Shown: in pieces, positions 62,050-64,000 of the stretch
How the letters are laid out: every line of letters starts with the position of its first letter
Position numbering within the stretch: the stretch's first letter is position 1
Program-made: the position numbers and the translations under genes
From: Octopus sinensis
Taxonomy: Eukaryota
Direction of reading: 5' to 3'
Length of the DNA stretch: 64,000 nucleotides
NCBI RefSeq assembly: GCF_006345805.1
Contig: NC_042998.1
Coordinates: forward strand, 6,200,001-6,264,000
Notes under the pieces: generated by a model
Told to the model about the DNA's origin: nothing
Seen by the model: the letters and a program-made list of their open reading frames with translations, nothing else
The model's database searches: none

Positions 62050-62290
62050 CAATCATAATCTTTTGGTCATTACCCAATATCCATGTCCACATGTGAGGAC
62101 AGGCATGGAAACTGAATAAGGAAGTTTGTCTATTTTACCAACCTCTTTTCTGAGGATTGAATGTTGGAGCTGATGTGTTAGTATGCCAGCGCTAGCAATC
62201 TTAGCATCCAATTCGACCTCCTGCCTTCCAAGACTTAAGAATATGACACCAAGATACTGAAATTTCTGAATTGTCTCAAGAACCAATTAT
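62050..62290 (-). mobile_element. Old RTE-clade LINE fragment
   Basis: LETIQKFQYLGVIF...GRQEVELDAKIASA...PVLTCGHGYWVMT resembles RTE FKYLG....GR...E...RI.KA...P.LTYG.E.W. Confidence 0.8.
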
Positions 62291-62385
62291 AAAAATAGCA
62301 AGAAACTGCAATGATATTCTTGATGCTTGTAAGGTTTCGCCAGTTGTGCTATCTCATCTTGAGTGTAAAAAGACTGCAAAAATAC

Positions 62386-62453
62386 CAAGAAAGCTAAATT
62401 GTGTTCATTCGCTAGAATTTCAACAATTTCTTTTGAGGTTTGTTGTATTGCTT
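62386..62453 (-). other. Candidate 68-nt exon (EAIQQTSKEIVEILANEHNLAFL)
   Basis: ttttctcttgtaatctcaacag acceptor, one open frame, donor gtattt. Confidence 0.3.
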
Positions 62454-62996
62454 CTGTTGAGATTACAAGAGAAAAATTGCTGCCTGGTTACCAACTGGAT
62501 TATTTTAGCTCCTCTTTGCTGCCTGCATCTCAAAACTCTTCTGTCTTTCTTTCTTTATCCTCTGTTATAAATTATCTTTTGCTTATTTTAGTAATTGGAC
62601 TATTAAGAATATAATTCAAAATTTTTGGCAAGTCAAAGATTTTTTGGTTTTTTTCATTGTTGAGCAGTAAAAATATGACCAACCATTTTTTAATGATGGC
62701 AAATAAGTAAATTTAACTAAAATAGGATTTCTGTTTCGGTGACAATACTAATTCCCATTCCTGTGAAAACCAATAATTGAACAAGCAGTGGATCCAGATA
62801 TGACAAAATGTCAGGTATCATCTTCTCCAAGTTTTTTGTTTCCCTAAACAGTAACCCACAACATAAGAGATGTAAAGCACTCAATAAAGCCAATTTTCAT
62901 TTCTGTCATTGGAAAATAAGGGGTCAATAAAAAACATCAAGAAGATAATACTGAATTAGAAGTTGTTATATCAAAGATTATGATAACAATGATTAA

Positions 62997-63216
62997 CCCT
63001 TTCGTTACTGTATTTATTTTGAGAAGCTCTGTGTTTCTTTCAATTACTTTAAGTATAACAAAGAATTAGAAAAAATAACTCAGTTATCATTCAGCTAGTT
63101 TTAGGAACATAAGTTGTGACTAAGGTTTGGTGGAAGATTTTAATTCAAAACTTATGTAAACAAGACATTTGTACCCAGAGCCAGAGCCGGTTTCAGCTGG
63201 GTTGGTAATGAAAGGG
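62997..63216. mobile_element. piggyBac-type MITE, family P2 (opposite orientation to 22525-22746)
   Basis: TTAA|CCCTTTCGTTAC ... GGTAATGAAAGGG|TTAA. Confidence 0.85.
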
Positions 63217-63644
63217 TTAAAGAAAGGACAATAATTAGCAAGCATTTAATTATGCAGATCAGACCTTTTCAAGGTTCAGTCACACTTATGATTTGCCATT
63301 CATGAATCCTGGTTTTAGATTTTAAAATACATGAAACCATAAACACATATTTCGAAACATTATTAGTTGAATTATTAATTGATTTAAACTTTGATTAAAT
63401 TTTGATAAGATAGCATGGAATGAGATAGATAGCAGGTCTATGTTTACCAAGGAGTTAATTTCTTCTTTCTTAGCATTCTTCTATAATCTGATAATGGCCA
63501 GGTCCCAAAGTTCACAGATTTAAGACAATTTGCAAATAGTTTTTAATCAATGGATGATCACAAATACATGCAGCAAGTAAACATATCTTATATTTGCAAC
63601 CATAAACAAAGTCAGTCTATAATTGTTTCTAACGTACACATAAG

Positions 63645-63830
63645 GCCTGAAATTTGAATGGAAGGATTAGTCTAATTATATAAACTTCAGTACATGACTG
63701 GTCTTTTAAATTCATCAGCTCTGGAGGAATGGAAGGCGAAATTCACCTCGGCAGGATTTGAACTCGAGCCAAAACAAGTACCATAAGGTGATATTCCAAA
63801 TACTCTAACAAAATCTTGCCACTCCACTGC
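63645..63830 (-). mobile_element. Old SINE family B, tail variant 2
   Basis: ggcctgaaattt...ggaatggaaggcgaaattcacctcggcaggatttgaactc. Confidence 0.6.
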
Positions 63831-64000
63831 CCTGAGGTCGGGTGGTAATCGATAGATTAATACACAAGTGTATAAGAAATACTCCAGAGACACCAAAAAA
63901 AGTCTATTACTCTACCAGTGTTTGTAGCTTTAAGAACTCATAAACATAACTCCCATATATTACATGTAATTCAACTTGATAAAGTTTTAGCATTGTTATG

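Overview
AT-rich, microsatellite-dense eukaryotic DNA, most likely an octopod (Octopus) intronic or intergenic region; the taxon is inferred from the repeat families and was not verified. No complete protein-coding gene is recognisable, and almost every ORF in the track is an artefact of microsatellites or SINEs. The window is a mosaic of transposable elements. It holds three abundant tRNA-headed SINE families (A, B, C), a 5'-truncated RTE LINE with an embedded PHD finger plus many of its 3' tails, and CR1, R4/Dong-like and other RTE remnants. It also holds several mariner and maT (DD37D) fossils, three non-autonomous Helitrons, and piggyBac-, hAT- and Tc1/mariner-type MITEs. Highlight 1: two TSD-flanked copies (35411-35867, 46970-47269) of a tRNA-headed element whose 3' body carries a Penelope-type minimal type I hammerhead ribozyme, both folded back head-to-head around the same palindrome centre; a second hammerhead family lies at 16921-16955. 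Highlight 2: a 3.7-kb array of 20 x 184-bp units built inside one SINE-B insertion (50119-53842), with a dimer (34761-35165) and a trimer (59886-60552) as apparent intermediates. A few candidate exons are supported by splice signals only. Coordinates were counted by hand; repeat boundaries are approximate to a few bases.
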